Made by a program: the position numbers and the translations under genes. Shown here piece by piece: positions 25,769 through 39,571 of a stretch of 64,000 bases of DNA (position 1 is the stretch's first letter; each line of letters begins with the position of its first letter). Under the pieces are notes generated by a model. The model was given only the letters and a program-made list of their open reading frames with translations. It was not told the origin of the DNA and ran no database searches. Location: contig NMRA01000030.1 in the NCBI GenBank assembly GCA_002633005.1, positions 197,174 to 261,173 on the forward strand, written 5' to 3'. The stretch is from Phoronis australis (lineage: Eukaryota > Animalia > Phoronida).

Positions 25769-26183
25769 AACCGATGATCATCATACAGATGCTGTAAATC
25801 TTCTCTGAAGTGGTATTGGCGGCAACGTTACCGAATCCGACACTGGTCATGCATGACAGAGTGTAGTAAAGAGACGTCGAGTAAAGGCTTCCTTTATCCG
25901 GGCCTCCCAAAAGTTCCTGAGTCGCATTGTTCCTGTAAAACCTCATGTTGGTAACGTTATTTGCTAGAATCATTAGCCAACTATGAGAATAGCCCATTTT
26001 CGTCTCATCGTATCCAATCCTGTACCAACCGCACGCGAACCAATGCGCTACTACGACAAAGACGAAGATCAGCATAACCAGCAGCGCAGCACCATACTCC
26101 AACACGTGATCCAGTTTTCTTGCTACGCGACCCAGCCGCAGCAGACGCACCACTTTCAAAGCACTAAACAGGCTACTGATGCC
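25769..26183 (-). CDS. eag: EAG coding exon 6, copy B (S4, S5, pore helix, GFG filter, start of S6)
   Basis: GISSLFSALKVVRLLRLGRVARKLD...MTSVGFGNVAANTTSEKIYSICMMIIG; acceptor TTGCAG, donor GTAAGT; 415 nt, phase 0-1. Confidence 0.95.
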
Positions 26184-26905
26184 CTGCAAATTAAATATAG
26201 AAGACGCATTAGGAAAAGTAACCAAAAATCACATAAGCATACATAGGAGTGCAACATGTGAAAAGATTCAAAACTGGAAAACTGGTCAACTAACTGGTCA
26301 ATGTAGTTTTTCTAATTTTGCATGTAAGTGCACTCTAGGTGCGCAACTATAACAATACCTAATTACTGAACGGAACGATAAATGTAATCATAGAGTAGAA
26401 CATTTGGTAATAGATCAACAGTAGTAAGTGGATCCAAAGTAAAAACCAGTGCTCACGCATTTAATGGGTGAAAGATGATTGCTTCAGTATGGTCGGAAGT
26501 CGGGACTTGTGAGTGAAGTTAAAGGACAATAATATCTTGGTGTAAAGTACCTACGACAGGGGTGAAATGGAAGTCCAGTTATTCATTTGAGTAAAGGGAA
26601 AACAAAGTTTAAGATAGGAATGCACAACACCTGTCAATTCTTGGCGTAAAAAGAAGTCGAAGTTTGGTAGGTGAATTGGAAGGACAATTATTCGTTAATT
26701 TTGTAGCAACGGAACATTGGTGATAGCATTGGGTTTGATATTAGTTGAGCTTGGTGTAACTTCTCCTATGGTTTTTGTCCCATTTTACTGATCAGACCTG
26801 TTTTCTTTTGAGAAGTATGTTAATACGTTTTACTGTTGACCAGTTACCTTTATAAACATGCCCGGATGTAAGCGAAGTTGTTCGAAATTTATCAAAGGTA
26901 CTTAC

Positions 26906-27301
26906 CTCGTCAACATGTTGGAAAGCATTGAAGACGTCATAAGGCAAGCAAGACAACAAATCGATGAAGAACCAGCTCTTGAGATAGTTCATCCGTATTA
27001 TTTTGGGGTCGGATACTATTTCTCCAGCGGGACCAACGAATGTGGTATGAAAGTTCAAAATGATGTCAATGAAAAATATGACATCAACGATGGAATCTAC
27101 CACGAGAAGTGGCACGTCGTCCATGGTCTTGTTTTTGAATGCCACGTTATAGGGCACCATGATGGCGGTGTAGAAAGTTAACAATAAGATGAGCCAGTCC
27201 CACGTGGACTTGAAGGCACAGTAATGCAATATGATATGTGGCGGTGTTTTGGGTGTTTCCTGTCTGTATTGTGGTAATACGTCCGAGTTCAAATTCATCA
27301 T
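26906..27301 (-). CDS. eag: EAG coding exon 5 (pre-S1, S1-S3)
   Basis: [51 protein letters not shown]...[27 protein letters not shown]; acceptor TTTCAG, donor GTAAGT; 396 nt, phase 0-0. Confidence 0.96.
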
Positions 27302-27721
27302 CTGAAATTTTGAAAATGGCATTGTACGAGAGTTAACGTCTACACCTAAAACTATGCTCAGTACTGAGCTGGGGTACGTTTCGTAAAGTAAATTTCTTGG
27401 GAGTTTGGCGGTATCCGACAAAGCCAGGTGAAAGGTAATTGTCTCTCAAAAACCGTAGTTTCTAACAGAAGCTGGGTTTCCTGTAGATGCCTCTCTCTCT
27501 AGTTGAAACCGGGATTGAGAAAGGTTGAAATTAATAACCGCCAGGTCTCAAACAGAAGCCGATGGTCCAATAAAAGTCAGATCTCCAGTATCAACTGGCT
27601 CAGCCATATCCCGTAAAAGCATGACACGTCGACCTTGTTGCAGACGATTGGTGAATGCGATTTCTATCTCTTTGTCATCGTGGTTTAGGCCAAGTAATAA
27701 ATAAACGTTGGGTCTCTAATG

Positions 27722-28001
27722 CAGTGACGGATTTAGGGAGGGGAGCAAGGGGGCCATGGCCCCCCTAAAGTTCTCCCAAATACCATTTGGCAGTTCGGGG
27801 TGTGAGTTGCTAACTAGCGTGTGCCCGCACCCAGGAGGGCTCGGAAAAAACCCGTTTACCGTTGTTTTTTTAATAATAAGGTTCACAAACCCAAAAATTC
27901 GAGACCCCCTGCATCCTACATTTTAGGCTGGGCCCGCGCATGTGGCGAAATTCTGGTTGTTCCTGTGCCCTGGCCCCCTGAAAATCCTGGATCCGCCCCT
28001 G
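27722..28001. mobile_element. MITE with 5-bp TSD
   Basis: Ends CAGTGACGGATT / GGATCCGCCCCTG; TAATG on both flanks. Confidence 0.85.
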
Positions 28002-29478
28002 TAATGGAAGCGTGCCCTCCACTAGAGGCCGCTCTGGAGCACGCCTGCAATTACTAAACGCTCAGCTTCTATAAGAAGATTCGGTGAAAGCTAGGCTAGC
28101 AATATGGCTAACAGCGAAATGAGAAGGCGAGGCTGGAATGTTGAATTATCATGGAAGTAAACTCAATATTTCCTGCCTATTTGCCAAGATTTCACGTTGA
28201 ATCTCGCGAGTGTCTAACGTTACGGAAAGCGCCCCAGATACATGCCTTCGTATCATGCGTTTGTTCGTTTATACTTGTACTTAAATTACTATGGCCGACC
28301 AGTGAATAATTCAAGCATCCGCATTTAGTTCGCAATGTTCAAACTTTCTATACAACAAACACCAACAAATTGTATTTAGGCACCTTAGGAACCTAGAACA
28401 GTACTCCTACTTTAAAATTTAATGGAAAATCAAGGTCACCCTTCCAATGGGAAATTACTCGCCATGGACCCTTAATGGCTGAAATAAGCAGAGGCAAAAA
28501 AGTCCAAGTTAGTGACCACGGAAGGAGTGAATGTCCTGAATATGACAGGACAGGAGTGCTAACCACCATTTTATAGCAGGAAAGTAAATGGTGGGAACAT
28601 AGGCACGAAGGTTGTCATAAGCATAACTTTATTATACTTGATGAACTTCCCAATTAGTGAATCTTAGTTCGATGCAAATTCACTGTCTGTGCGATATTTG
28701 TGACAGAAAAGGAATAAAAACAGCAAGAATATAACATTTTCTTTTCTTACTAGTAATAAATGCCACTTTAAAATGTCAATTCTCTTCGTCCACGATTGTC
28801 CTTGTTTTTCTCAAACTGTGTGTACTTTTCAGTGTTTCGGCATTTGTTACATTTTACCTTCAAAACAGCCAAGTTAGTGCACAACAACGAGTCGTCATAA
28901 CGCCAAAACCGGGGTTTTTCCTTTGTGACTATTGGGAAATTTGTTCAGTGGCTGCCATTTAGTATAAAAACTTCTATGGTGGCTTTTGAACAAGTCCACT
29001 GCAGGTATGAGTAATGCGATGGGAAAGCTGACATTTGAGTTGAATAACAAAGCTCGTCTGCGGTGCGATTTAGTCTGTTTCGGTCACGGATATCGACAGT
29101 TTTCACATAGAACTTGCCTGAATCTGCAAAGATTGACTGTTTTGAACGTATGAATGACCATTTATTCAAGAGGGTACCGGACACACCCACGTCTAGAACC
29201 CCAACCACCGAGAGCATGAACATAAACGCTGGCATAACTTAAGTGGGGTAAGACGATTTCCATTCACCTAAAAGCACTATAAAATTGTTATTTTATTAGT
29301 CCATGCAAAATGGGCTCGTAAATCATGTTGAATGGTTTAATGAATAAAGTCAGCAACTAAATCAAGGCTGAACCTTAGAAAAGAAGTGTATTTCGTTCTC
29401 ATTTTGCATGATCATAAGGATTGGCATGGCATGATTGCAACTTTTGGAGGGTGTTTCTTTAATTACTAGATGTCTTAC

Positions 29479-29603
29479 AGTAGCGATCTGAGACGGTCGT
29501 GAGTCTAGCTTAGATATGTTGGACAGGTTGGACGTCTGGAACTGAAGTAGCACTGATCGGTTCCTCGTCACAGATTTGGCCAATTTAGCAAACTTGCTGA
29601 TAC
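29479..29603 (-). CDS. eag: EAG coding exon 4 (post-PAS linker, N-terminal calmodulin-binding segment)
   Basis: GISKFAKLAKSVTRNRSVLLQF...SQIAT resembles the EAG 'SKFAKLARSVTRSR' segment; acceptor TTACAG, donor GTAAGA; 125 nt, phase 1-0. Confidence 0.9.
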
Positions 29604-30624
29604 CTGTAAAGATATATTTTCTGTTTAATTCTTGGAAACGGGTTATCATCAGTAGTAAAATCCTGTTACGCGTTTCCCCACTTTCTTAAGACACGAGAAT
29701 AAATTTATCCCCAAGCTCCACGACAGAGGCTGACTCCCAATGTGATCCATTGTTTAGATTCAGCGAGGTGAGGTGTTATCTGGAAATAAGCATCAGTGAT
29801 TAATTGGATCGAAATTACAGGTGAATCTGAGAGGCTTTGAATCTAGAAATTTCTCGTTCGTTACTTAACAGCTACGGGCACACAATAGACGTTTTCAAAG
29901 GGCGATGTAATATGTCTGGTTTTCAATTGCCAGTGGATTGGCTAAAACTGGAGGAAATATATACGCACGACTTCCTAATCAATGCACTAGATTGAAATGC
30001 ATTTTGATGAATGCGAAGGACACACGATTTCAATAACACCACCTCACCTTTCTTACAAAGACTAAAAATAGATGTTGGGAGTGTACTCTCAGCGTTCCTT
30101 AATCATCATTTATCAAGATGCAGTGAAATTAAGACCTTCCGATTTTTCTAAGTAAATTTGTACGTTAAAAATACATGATTTAGGTAATGGAATTATGTTA
30201 CTGTATTGTCATATCATGTAGTTTTTAACAGACAATAGTTCTTGTGCGTGCGCAACTACATCAAGTGGATAGTTAGAAAAATTATTTGTTCTGCAGAATG
30301 CATGACTCATCACATGTAGTGGGATTTTCATTTATCATTAACTTCCACATTTGTATTCTTTAAACCCTTTGGGTAGACGCGACAGTTCCATCCTTCAAAA
30401 CATGAGTGCTCTAATTAACCACGTACTTGTGAAAATTCCTAAACAAATACAAGACCTAGACTCGTGTGCATTAAGGTGACCACAGGGGGTACTGCAGCAA
30501 CAGAGCACAGGTGCTACAGGTCTAGGGGTTTCAGAGATCTTTGAATTCCTTGTGTCCACCATAGTATAACCTCGAAGCGTGTGACTGGACAACTGTAGCT
30601 GTAATAGGTCAGTATTTTGCTCAC

Positions 30625-30759
30625 CATTTGCTTGTAAGTTGGTCGACTCAATAGGCTGCTTTAAGGCGGTGATGTCTTTAAACGTAAGCAAGAAGAGGAC
30701 GACGATTTCTTTTTCATTCATGATGGGTGCGACGTGAAGTAACAACCACATGGGTTTAT
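30625..30759 (-). CDS. eag: EAG coding exon 3 (PAC part of PAS)
   Basis: (N)[37 protein letters not shown]; acceptor CGTAG, donor GTGAGC; 135 nt, phase 1-1. Confidence 0.94.
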
Positions 30760-32367
30760 CTACGGTTACAATATACATCTTTGTCAAAACACAAAATCAT
30801 ATTCATCGTAACTTCATTAAATCTTACGAATTGTTTTGTTATTCTTAGCTGTGCTTTTGAACATACCTTCAGGAATCGCTTGCGCATGACATCAGGGTTC
30901 TATTTCTCCTTCCGTTCACCCTCTACTCTAACGGTCATATCTCGGAAGAACAAGAGACTGGTCATCAATACAATATAAAGTTGAATAGACCATTTTTCCA
31001 AATGTAGCAGAAAAGTGGGATAGACTCACCGCATTGTTTCAAAATATTGCATGAAAGTCTACATAGCCTAGCACCAATAAGTTAGCACTGTGGAAAAATC
31101 CACCTTGCTCCTCCCGCTTATGCATGATCACGCTAGTATTCGCGAGATACCGCCGTGCAAACTGAAGCATGCCATCACTCTAGGTTTTCTCGCGCGTCTT
31201 GCGTTAGCGGGTGGCTGTGTCACCACCTGGCGAGTCTAGAGCTTAAACGGTTGAGCTCCCCTGGTTTCCACCGTGCTCGCCACCTATTCACCTCTAAAGC
31301 TTTTTATGAAATCAATTGTATCCGTGACCCGGGGTTCTAGTCTGTGAACTCGAAATATAAATTATTTTTGGATTAAACACACCAAACTAAACAAAAGTGT
31401 CCATGATTATGTGCTCGAGTTGATTTTTCTCACTCAAACAGGTTCACAGCCGACGGATCATTTCTCATCGTCGGACTCATCGTGACTTTCACACTAATAA
31501 CGTCGGCTAAGAACGTAAAACGTTTCTGACATTTTGAAAACAAAAACCAACTGAAACTGATAAACAATCAGTAGTCCCGAATTTAATGCAAGACACTCAG
31601 GGCTATAACTGATTTGGCAATTTGACTATGACCAGTGGTAGTTAGCGGCAACAACGGTGACAAGTTAGAAACATATACCTTCTTCTGAAGAAGAACAAAA
31701 GATGACACATTCCTATTTCACCGAGGCATGAAATTTGACTTGTGATTCTAAATAGCTGATGACGTTTGGGCGCTTGATGTTTACTGAACTTTTTCAAACT
31801 AATAATGATATCAATATATATGCTAAAAGCACCTTTATTTCTTCATTGGTCACCTGATAAGTTAGTTCAGCACATTGTATTGACGTCATGCTCGCTATTT
31901 TTGAAACTTTCAAGTCCGTTATAGCTATTTCGGTGTAAAATGGGTCAAATTTCTAAATCAACATGGAGCTTTTTTACGAAAATTCATATTTGTTGCTTTG
32001 TTTTCTAAACATTTGTCGGTTTTTAAATTGTGTCAGTTAGACTACGTTTCAAAACGTTTCCTTGAGTGTTGTGTGACTACTGACTTGTAACTATAACTTC
32101 GTCACACTGGGCTCACGTTTCCATAATCATTTAAGCTCCATAATTATGATAATTAGTACCGCCTAGTAGAAATTTGGTTAAACCTGCAAGTCAATATGTG
32201 ATATGAAAGGAAATATTAATTAATTTAGAAAATTTAAAACTAGCCCGATCATGGACGTTTCTTAATGAACTGCCACTCTCCATGTCTACTTAATAATCAA
32301 ATATATGCACTGACATAATTAGGCTATCACTTATGACAGGGTTGTCCAGGACGTTATATTTACTTAC

Positions 32368-32598
32368 TGTTTTTCTTATAAAGCAGAATTTCAATTTGGA
32401 TTTGAATTTGTTCTTCGAGAGCTCCTTTCAACTTGGACTTGGTCTCTTCTTCTGTAAGTTCTCCGAACATGAAAGAGCACGTACTACTTTTCTGCATAAT
32501 ATCTGCCCTGGTGAAGCCCGACATCTTGATGAAGCCATCGTTTGAGTAGACTACAGGATAGTCCACAACGCGGGCATTCGATAGTAAGAAACTGCTGT
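32368..32598 (-). CDS. eag: EAG coding exon 2 (PAS domain)
   Basis: (H)[37 protein letters not shown]...[10 protein letters not shown]; acceptor TTACAG, donor GTAAGT; 231 nt, phase 1-1. Confidence 0.96.
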
Positions 32599-32994
32599 CT
32601 GTAAGCAAAAGGAGAAAAGGATGAATGAGCCGGTCGAAAAGCATTCATCTGCATTATCTAATTGGGAAATATCATTTAACCAAAAAGATGGGTGGAGACG
32701 ATGTGACATTCCAACTTCAATCCCCTAAGCCCCAGACTAGGACCCCGATTGCAGACACCTAAGTGCAGTGCAAATTCAATTCCTGCGCTCCTGAACTCCT
32801 CACACGTTCTGAAAATACTCTGTGCCTGGAGACCAAACTCCATAGCTGAGGACAACGTTCCAGTAATGGAACCATGCTGGTCTGGGAATGGGGTTTGGGT
32901 GTTCGAAGAAAGAATTTAGCGGCGGGGCCATGGAATCATTTCAACCCATCTCGAGGCCAAATAAAAACTGATTCCTTAACACTGATAACCAACG

Positions 32995-33180
32995 TCGTCA
33001 TAATCACTACCGACATATCTTTTTATCATTTCTAACATCATCGTCACAGCCACCACAATTGTCACCATTACCACTGCCGCTACTTTAAACATCGCCGCTA
33101 TCGTCGCTACTACTATCATCACCACCATCTCCATCATCGTTGTCATCACCACCTCCTTCAGTCATCACCATCGTCGTCAC
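32995..33180. repeat. Degenerate (CAT/CAC/CGT)n trinucleotide region
   Basis: Visible period-3 low-complexity sequence. Confidence 0.7.
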
Positions 33181-34171
33181 ATACTTGTTGGTACTATTAT
33201 CTCGATGGTTTTTATCTTTTTTATCTTAATTTCGATGTTTGGTATAAGAAAACCATTGACCACGTTTCAGTGGCTGAACACTTGAATGCTAGATGTCTCG
33301 AAAAATGTCGCATCTACAAGACGGTTGTTTCAGATGTGATATAGTCTTGTTGGTATTGTTTTATTTAACACATAAGCGCTAGTCAGAAACTGGTTTCATA
33401 AAAGTGGTAGATGTTTCGCTAATGAATCTCCATTCTATTGATGCTTATTGGTAAGTGAAATTATGTAATTTACTCAATGTTGTCTGTTAGCGGTTGTCAT
33501 ATTCCGGAAATGATAACCATGGGAGGGCATATGTTTTGCTTTTCCAGTATTCTCACAGTTCCAACTCTTCACGTCCTGCAAATTTTAACTTGGATTTGCA
33601 ATTAACTTGGTTAATGATTTATAACAACTCCTTGTTATTTCTGAACATGGCTTCTAACATGTATCTGCTCTTGGTTATCATGGTAACGAGCAGGTACTTC
33701 GTATAAGCATTTGTTTAGCTACTTTAATTAATTATGATTTGGTTGTGCAGATCATACGAACACGGTCAGCGATATCAAACAGGCGCTGTTTATAGATACC
33801 CAACAAATGGTCTCTAAAACAGTTTCAGATACAGAAAAATGATCTAACGTCCTTGAAAACAGATTTGCAACGTTGGCTATGTTAAGATAATTAACGGAAC
33901 TATACCATGAACGGTTTCTGCAGCGTCTGATTGGTCAGATGGCGAATAGCGACGTCTGGCGTCTGGGCAGCTTGTATGAAAATGGATATTCCATGGCAGC
34001 TGGTCAACATTTTAACACATCTTCTTAATTACGCCACGATAAGAAGTAATCAGCGGAATATCATATAAATCCAAAATTAAAAAAAAAAAACTAAAGAATG
34101 CGTCGTTTAATTTTATTTTATATGGTCGTTTCGTTTTGCACGCGATTTTTCGTGTTTGATTATGGCATGAA

Positions 34172-34485
34172 ATTTGTGCAACACTGGTTCAGTTAACTTG
34201 TGCGACACTGGTTCACTTAACTTGTGCAACACTGGTTCAGTTAACTTGTGCGACACTGGTTCACTTAACTTGTGCGACACTGGCTCACTTAACTTGTGCA
34301 ACACTGGTTCAGTTAACTTGTGCGACACTGGTTCACTAAACTTGTCTGACAGTGGTTCATTTAACGTGTGCGACACGGGCTTACTAAACTTGTGCGACGC
34401 TGGCTCAGTTAACTTGTGCAACACTGGCGGCACTTAACTTGTGCGACACTGGCGGCACTTAAATTGTGCGACACTGGTTCAATTA
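34172..34485. repeat. 24-bp minisatellite (~13 units)
   Basis: Unit AACTTGTGCGACACTGGTTCA(C/G)TT; explains the repetitive ORFs on both strands. Confidence 0.95.
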
Positions 34486-36631
34486 ACCTACAACCTGTAA
34501 CGAAGTAATGTAAGTCCTCCCGATATCTACCTCATTATAAAATCAGCTAGAAGAGTCGTTTTCTGATAATTTTCTTATTATGCTACAATACTCTGCAAGG
34601 TAAATGTTTGCTGATCTTATCAAAAGGAATACACACTTCATTGTAATGAAACTCTGCAAGTATTGATCGTTAGTCAGAATACATTGAAAGTACTTTAATC
34701 AAGATACTGTAACTATTTCGGTTACTTATTTTTGAGTAGAGGAATTGCTTTTTCGCCGGATATTAGATTTCTGATGTCAAATAATTCTACATTTCAAATG
34801 TACACGTAGGCTCATTACATCAAGTGCTTACTCATTAAAATCTCTTCTAAGTTGAGATTTTAAAATATCGCTTAACGACTTAAAAGCAATTACTCAGTAT
34901 TTTTATTAGTGGAATCTTTTTGTTTTAGTGGGGCCATTAAAATTGAGGTCTTGAGAGTTGACGTCAATTCGTAAATGGCTGCGCTTCGTTGGATTGTGAG
35001 TGTATTTAAATTGTACAGAGTGAGAACATCTTGTTGTTTTTGAACCTGCAGAAAATACACGGTCACGTGATCGTAACAACAAAGACACTGAACAACAAAC
35101 CTGTTTCCACGCGCACGTTTTGCGTCCATTTGTTGTTATGGTGATTAAGAAAGTTTAATTATTTTTTGAAAAAAAAACTATGGCAAGACACGATTGAATG
35201 ATTACACTAAGTAATTGTACGGGGTGAAACAACAACGGTCATTGTCAGGTGATTGATTTGCCGTGACACGCTTCATGAATATTGCACCTGAAAGGCAATG
35301 AGTGAAGGGATATTTTGTAGACAAATGTTTTCTCTTCTAGTTTATCCCACCCCACTGTAATTTCCAGTGTTGGCAAAGAATTAAGTGTCAGACTCGCTTT
35401 GCGTTGGTTTCTTTCTCTTATTTCTACTTGTCGGGTCATTGAATAAATTCATCAGTTTGAAACATCATAGATGCTTTTGCATCACAAGCAAATAAGATGA
35501 AGTCACGTGACACTTTGGTTGCTTTCAGTATTTCAAGTGTGGTGACCGAACTGTCACAAACAGGGTTCTTTGTGCGTAATAAGTTTTGTGGAGAGTATTA
35601 AGTGTTCTGCGACCCTTGATTAGGGCCAAGTCACCATTTTTTCAGTCTTTACACTTGAGAATGTTTGTTCAAAACAGTATGTGAATTTACTTCTTTCTTG
35701 TTTGTAATCTAAAAATCTTGACATCCGTAAAAAGTAACGAAACGTCCTCTACAATTTGGCAGGTTAGTGCAAATATTTAGGATACCAAACCAATAAATCA
35801 TTTTACACAGTGTCAAATTTATAACTTAAAATGTCATGAGAACAAGGGGAAATTGTATCTAAATAAAAATAACTATAGCTTCTAAAATTCCAAATGTTAA
35901 ATGCAGCAAGGTCAAATGTACAGGCAAAAATGCACTCAAGCTGCCTTACAAAAAAACTTTTGTAACAAGTGTAACCATTTGTGAGATCTTATTGAAGTGA
36001 AACACCTAGTGTGATTATATCGATTTGTTCTGAAATAATCACAACAGCCAACGAGTCACAAGTTACATTGAGTTCATACGTGCTTAAAGTGCCGTGCGTC
36101 ATGCAAAGCCATGCGAGATACCCGTGAGGTCATTTGGAGCTGGCAGCCTGGTCACTTCCGCAAATACGTCTTGTCCTTGGGCATAATGTATGTAACGTGT
36201 CTATTGAAGATACACAGTTTAAAGAAATAACGAACTGGCATTTTTTCGAAATCAATGAAATCACTTCTATAACTACATGTGGCCTTTATCAAAACTTGAA
36301 AAGAACGGGTTTAATTTCGCGTAAAGTAAATGTATCGGTCCTCATTTCACGGCCGTGCGGCTGGCCCGTTTGCAGTTTATGGGCACCTTATTTCTGAAAG
36401 GACGCCCATGGTCATACTTGTGGTACTAGGAAGGTAAAGATATACTATTTTAGAATGTATGCTCTTGGGCTTACTATGAAAATTTCTGATATGACTTGAA
36501 AGGGCAAATTGTGCGATTGCACTTCTCATGTAATATATCACTTAAAAGGATACTAAACCCTGTTTTAATGATTTCAACCAATCCTCATTCTGTCACCTGC
36601 TAATGCATCATTGGCGTCAATCTTGACAGAT

Positions 36632-36760
36632 CATGGGCGGCGCACCATAGGGGGCTGGGGGCTATAGCCCCACATTTTTCAGTGCTGCGCCGTCCATGGT
36701 CTATGGGCGGTGCACCACAGGGGAGCTGGGGGCTATAGTCCCCCCACTTTTTCAGTGCTA
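36632..36760. mobile_element. Tandem pair (one full, one partial) of the tiny CATGGGCGGCG MITE
   Basis: CATGGGCGGCGCA...TGCGCCGTCCATG followed by a truncated second copy; inverted relative of 6324-6414. Confidence 0.65.
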
Positions 36761-38050
36761 AAAGCGTAGGTAACGCTTTCCCATTTGGTAGACTTTGAAA
36801 TGAGTTTTCAAAATTCCAAAGAATTGGATGGAAAAGTCTGTGGATCGCAAAAAAAACAGTGTTAGCACACAGATAGTCAGGGGCTAGGTTGTTGGAACAT
36901 TAAAAGCTCCCTGGGCCTGTGTGAAATACTGTGGGGAACATATCAAACGGAATCTGTGGTATCACGCATTCAGGAAGCTTTGTCAGGTTTGCTTTACGTC
37001 TGTAGGACTTCACAACGGTAACTGTGGTGGGCAGGGCATCATTTCGTTTGCCGGAACGACCCATTCTATAGTCCTTTATAACTCTTCCACGGACAATTTC
37101 CTTGAAGGCGTCAACCACCTGATTGGCCGAATTAAACGCTGTTAGGAGTTAGTATAATTACCATTTGAGTATTTTTGAGGTGCTGCCGGGAGATTAGGAT
37201 ATTCACAATTTTGGAGTTCCGGCTCCGTAAATTACACTTTCAAGTGGAATTCATACACAAGTTACGTCTATGCACAGCTTGCTCTATCGTAAAGAGCTTT
37301 TCATTAACATCATCCCATTACAGGGCAATTTACCTCTTCAAAATAAATAATAATTAAGACTGCAGTTTTTAAGCCAACAAACATAAGTAAAATTAGCCAG
37401 CCTGCTAGCTGTATGACTATTTTCAAAATACAGCTAGGTACCACTGTGTGTTGAGCTCCGACAGACCTCGCAATTGCACACCCCGGGTAGTTCTGCTCGC
37501 CACTTCGCCGCAGTGTTAATATGAAAAATGTAGAGCAAAAGACGGGCGGGGGTGCATAAAAACTGTGGGAGTCAATCGGCAATCACCTTGCCCGTTATAA
37601 CCGTTTATATTAAGTGAAAAGCAATATAATAAACGTCATTTTCTCGTGTAATTCTCCACCTTTTGTAAGAAAGAAAAGTATGCTTCATCTTTCGAGATAT
37701 GATGACAGCTTCGCAGCAACAAAATTTGTTGTGAAGTTCGGTTCGTTGGCATTAAAATACCAAAAACCTAGCAAGGAAGTGAAACCAAGGGCGATAATTT
37801 GTTGTGACGTGAAAGAACAACAGTTGATTGAAGAATTGGCGAAAAAAAGAAACTGGCCAATAGGTGACGCAATGTTTCATGGCTCCGAAAGCCGATGCAA
37901 AGATCGTACCAAAATTTTAACAGCAGAATAACGGTAGAACGCCAATTTTTCCAACAACGGTAAATAATTTAGTCTACTCAAGGAAGAGACTAATTTTTTA
38001 ATGACACTAATTTTGTGTCAGATTTTATCTCGTCAGCTTTTACCCTCATC

Positions 38051-38086
38051 GGCGCAAAGCTGTATATTATTATACAGCTTTGCGCC
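38051..38086. repeat. Perfect 16-bp hairpin
   Basis: GGCGCAAAGCTGTATA-ttat-TATACAGCTTTGCGCC. Confidence 0.9.
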
Positions 38087-39571
38087 AAGGCTAAAATAAA
38101 ATATGCATGTCTTTCGTAAAGCGCTGTTGCAAAATTGTTTGCAAGGTTCTGAACCCTGTGTAGGATCCTGTTGCAGGGAGTTATATTCGAAAATGTTTGC
38201 TTTCATGAGGAATAGTCTAACTTTGAATTTTGGTCAAAAGTAACAAAGAATGTTCCAGGTTTATTATTTGAAGAATTTTACTGATCACTTTATTGCTCTA
38301 GCCATGTTCGGAACGCCACTCAACGACGGAAATTTGACACTACCATTCACGTGTGGTACTGCATGATATTACTTTCATATGCTGCATATCATTGTTCAGC
38401 AAAAGGTCAGCAAATGCAAGAGTCTAGACTTAGAGTTTTTAGTATAACGAACTACTTAACTGTTTAACGTGCAATATGGATGAAACTCCAAGCCCTATAT
38501 GCAAAATGGCATGTTTAACACTAATTTCCACGCTAGAATACCATATCAAGTATGTACTTTTCGCCAAACTGCGCAGTTGAGAAATGACTGTGCACTGCAA
38601 CACTCAAATCCTGATGATCAAAAAGCCAAAATGCAAAACAAGGCTACGAAACGAGCTTGAATTTACGTAGCACGAGTTTATCACGTGTAAAGAATGTATA
38701 TCATAGTCTTCCGCACTTAATCATTTGTCTTTGATTTGAGTAATGGTGTCGTGCACACCTACTACAACTAATAGAACAGTTATTCATACTAGCACTGAGC
38801 GTCTTACCCATAGCGTTACACCTCTGGTTTCATATAATTTTGTTTTTATAGAAAATTGGCTTAAAAGCCCAAAATGAGTACAATATGCCTAATTGCTTTA
38901 AAATGTGAGATCTAACTTCAAAGACCGATGTAGCGCTAATTAAGTCAGGTCAAAATGGCAAAATTCAAATTGAAACAAATACATGTACATATATAGTAAC
39001 TAATAGCGAAGGCGAATGTTTTCGTTGAATCACTCTATGAGATTGATGGGCTTCACTGTTTTAACTTATGTAATTTGGAACACTTACTCGACATAAGTAA
39101 AAACAATACAAACAGATACTTTGTGACTGTGGTAAGGGTGTGACAGTTGGTTTTCAGTGCCAACTTACTGAAATATGGTGAAAGTGACACAGTTACTGTT
39201 TGCTTCTCGGTAGCTCAAGAGTACGTTTAGAATTGTAATTATGCGAAGACACGTTGACTTAAGAAGAAGTAGACCTTCCTGATTAACGAAAAGGCCTTGT
39301 GTCCCATGACTCTCGCGAGACACTAGCCACAAGAAATCTTCCTTCGGAATAGAAACAATTAATTTTTCCCATAATGCAACAGTTCAGACTCGCCGTCCAA
39401 TCACTTCAGTGGCCGCTATTTTCCTAGTTTACGCCAGTAACGTCTCGAACTTACACGTGAACTTGTTGCTTTACACCCGCGAGATTTTATGCGGCTTTGC
39501 GTGATATTACAAATCTCTCAAGAAATTTGTTCTACAAAACGCACGTTAGTATTTTAGTGGAAGTCGTTTAA

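Larger units (their letters stand above)
20445..26226. repeat. ~5.8-kb direct duplication, copy B
   Basis: Colinear with 13872-19637; begins immediately after the gap. Confidence 0.97.

Noticed and set aside
34113-34437. Repetitive ORFs (PVSHKLSE)n and antifreeze-like (CDTGSLNL)n
   Set aside because: Translations of a 24-bp intronic minisatellite; no signal peptide, splice or conservation evidence.
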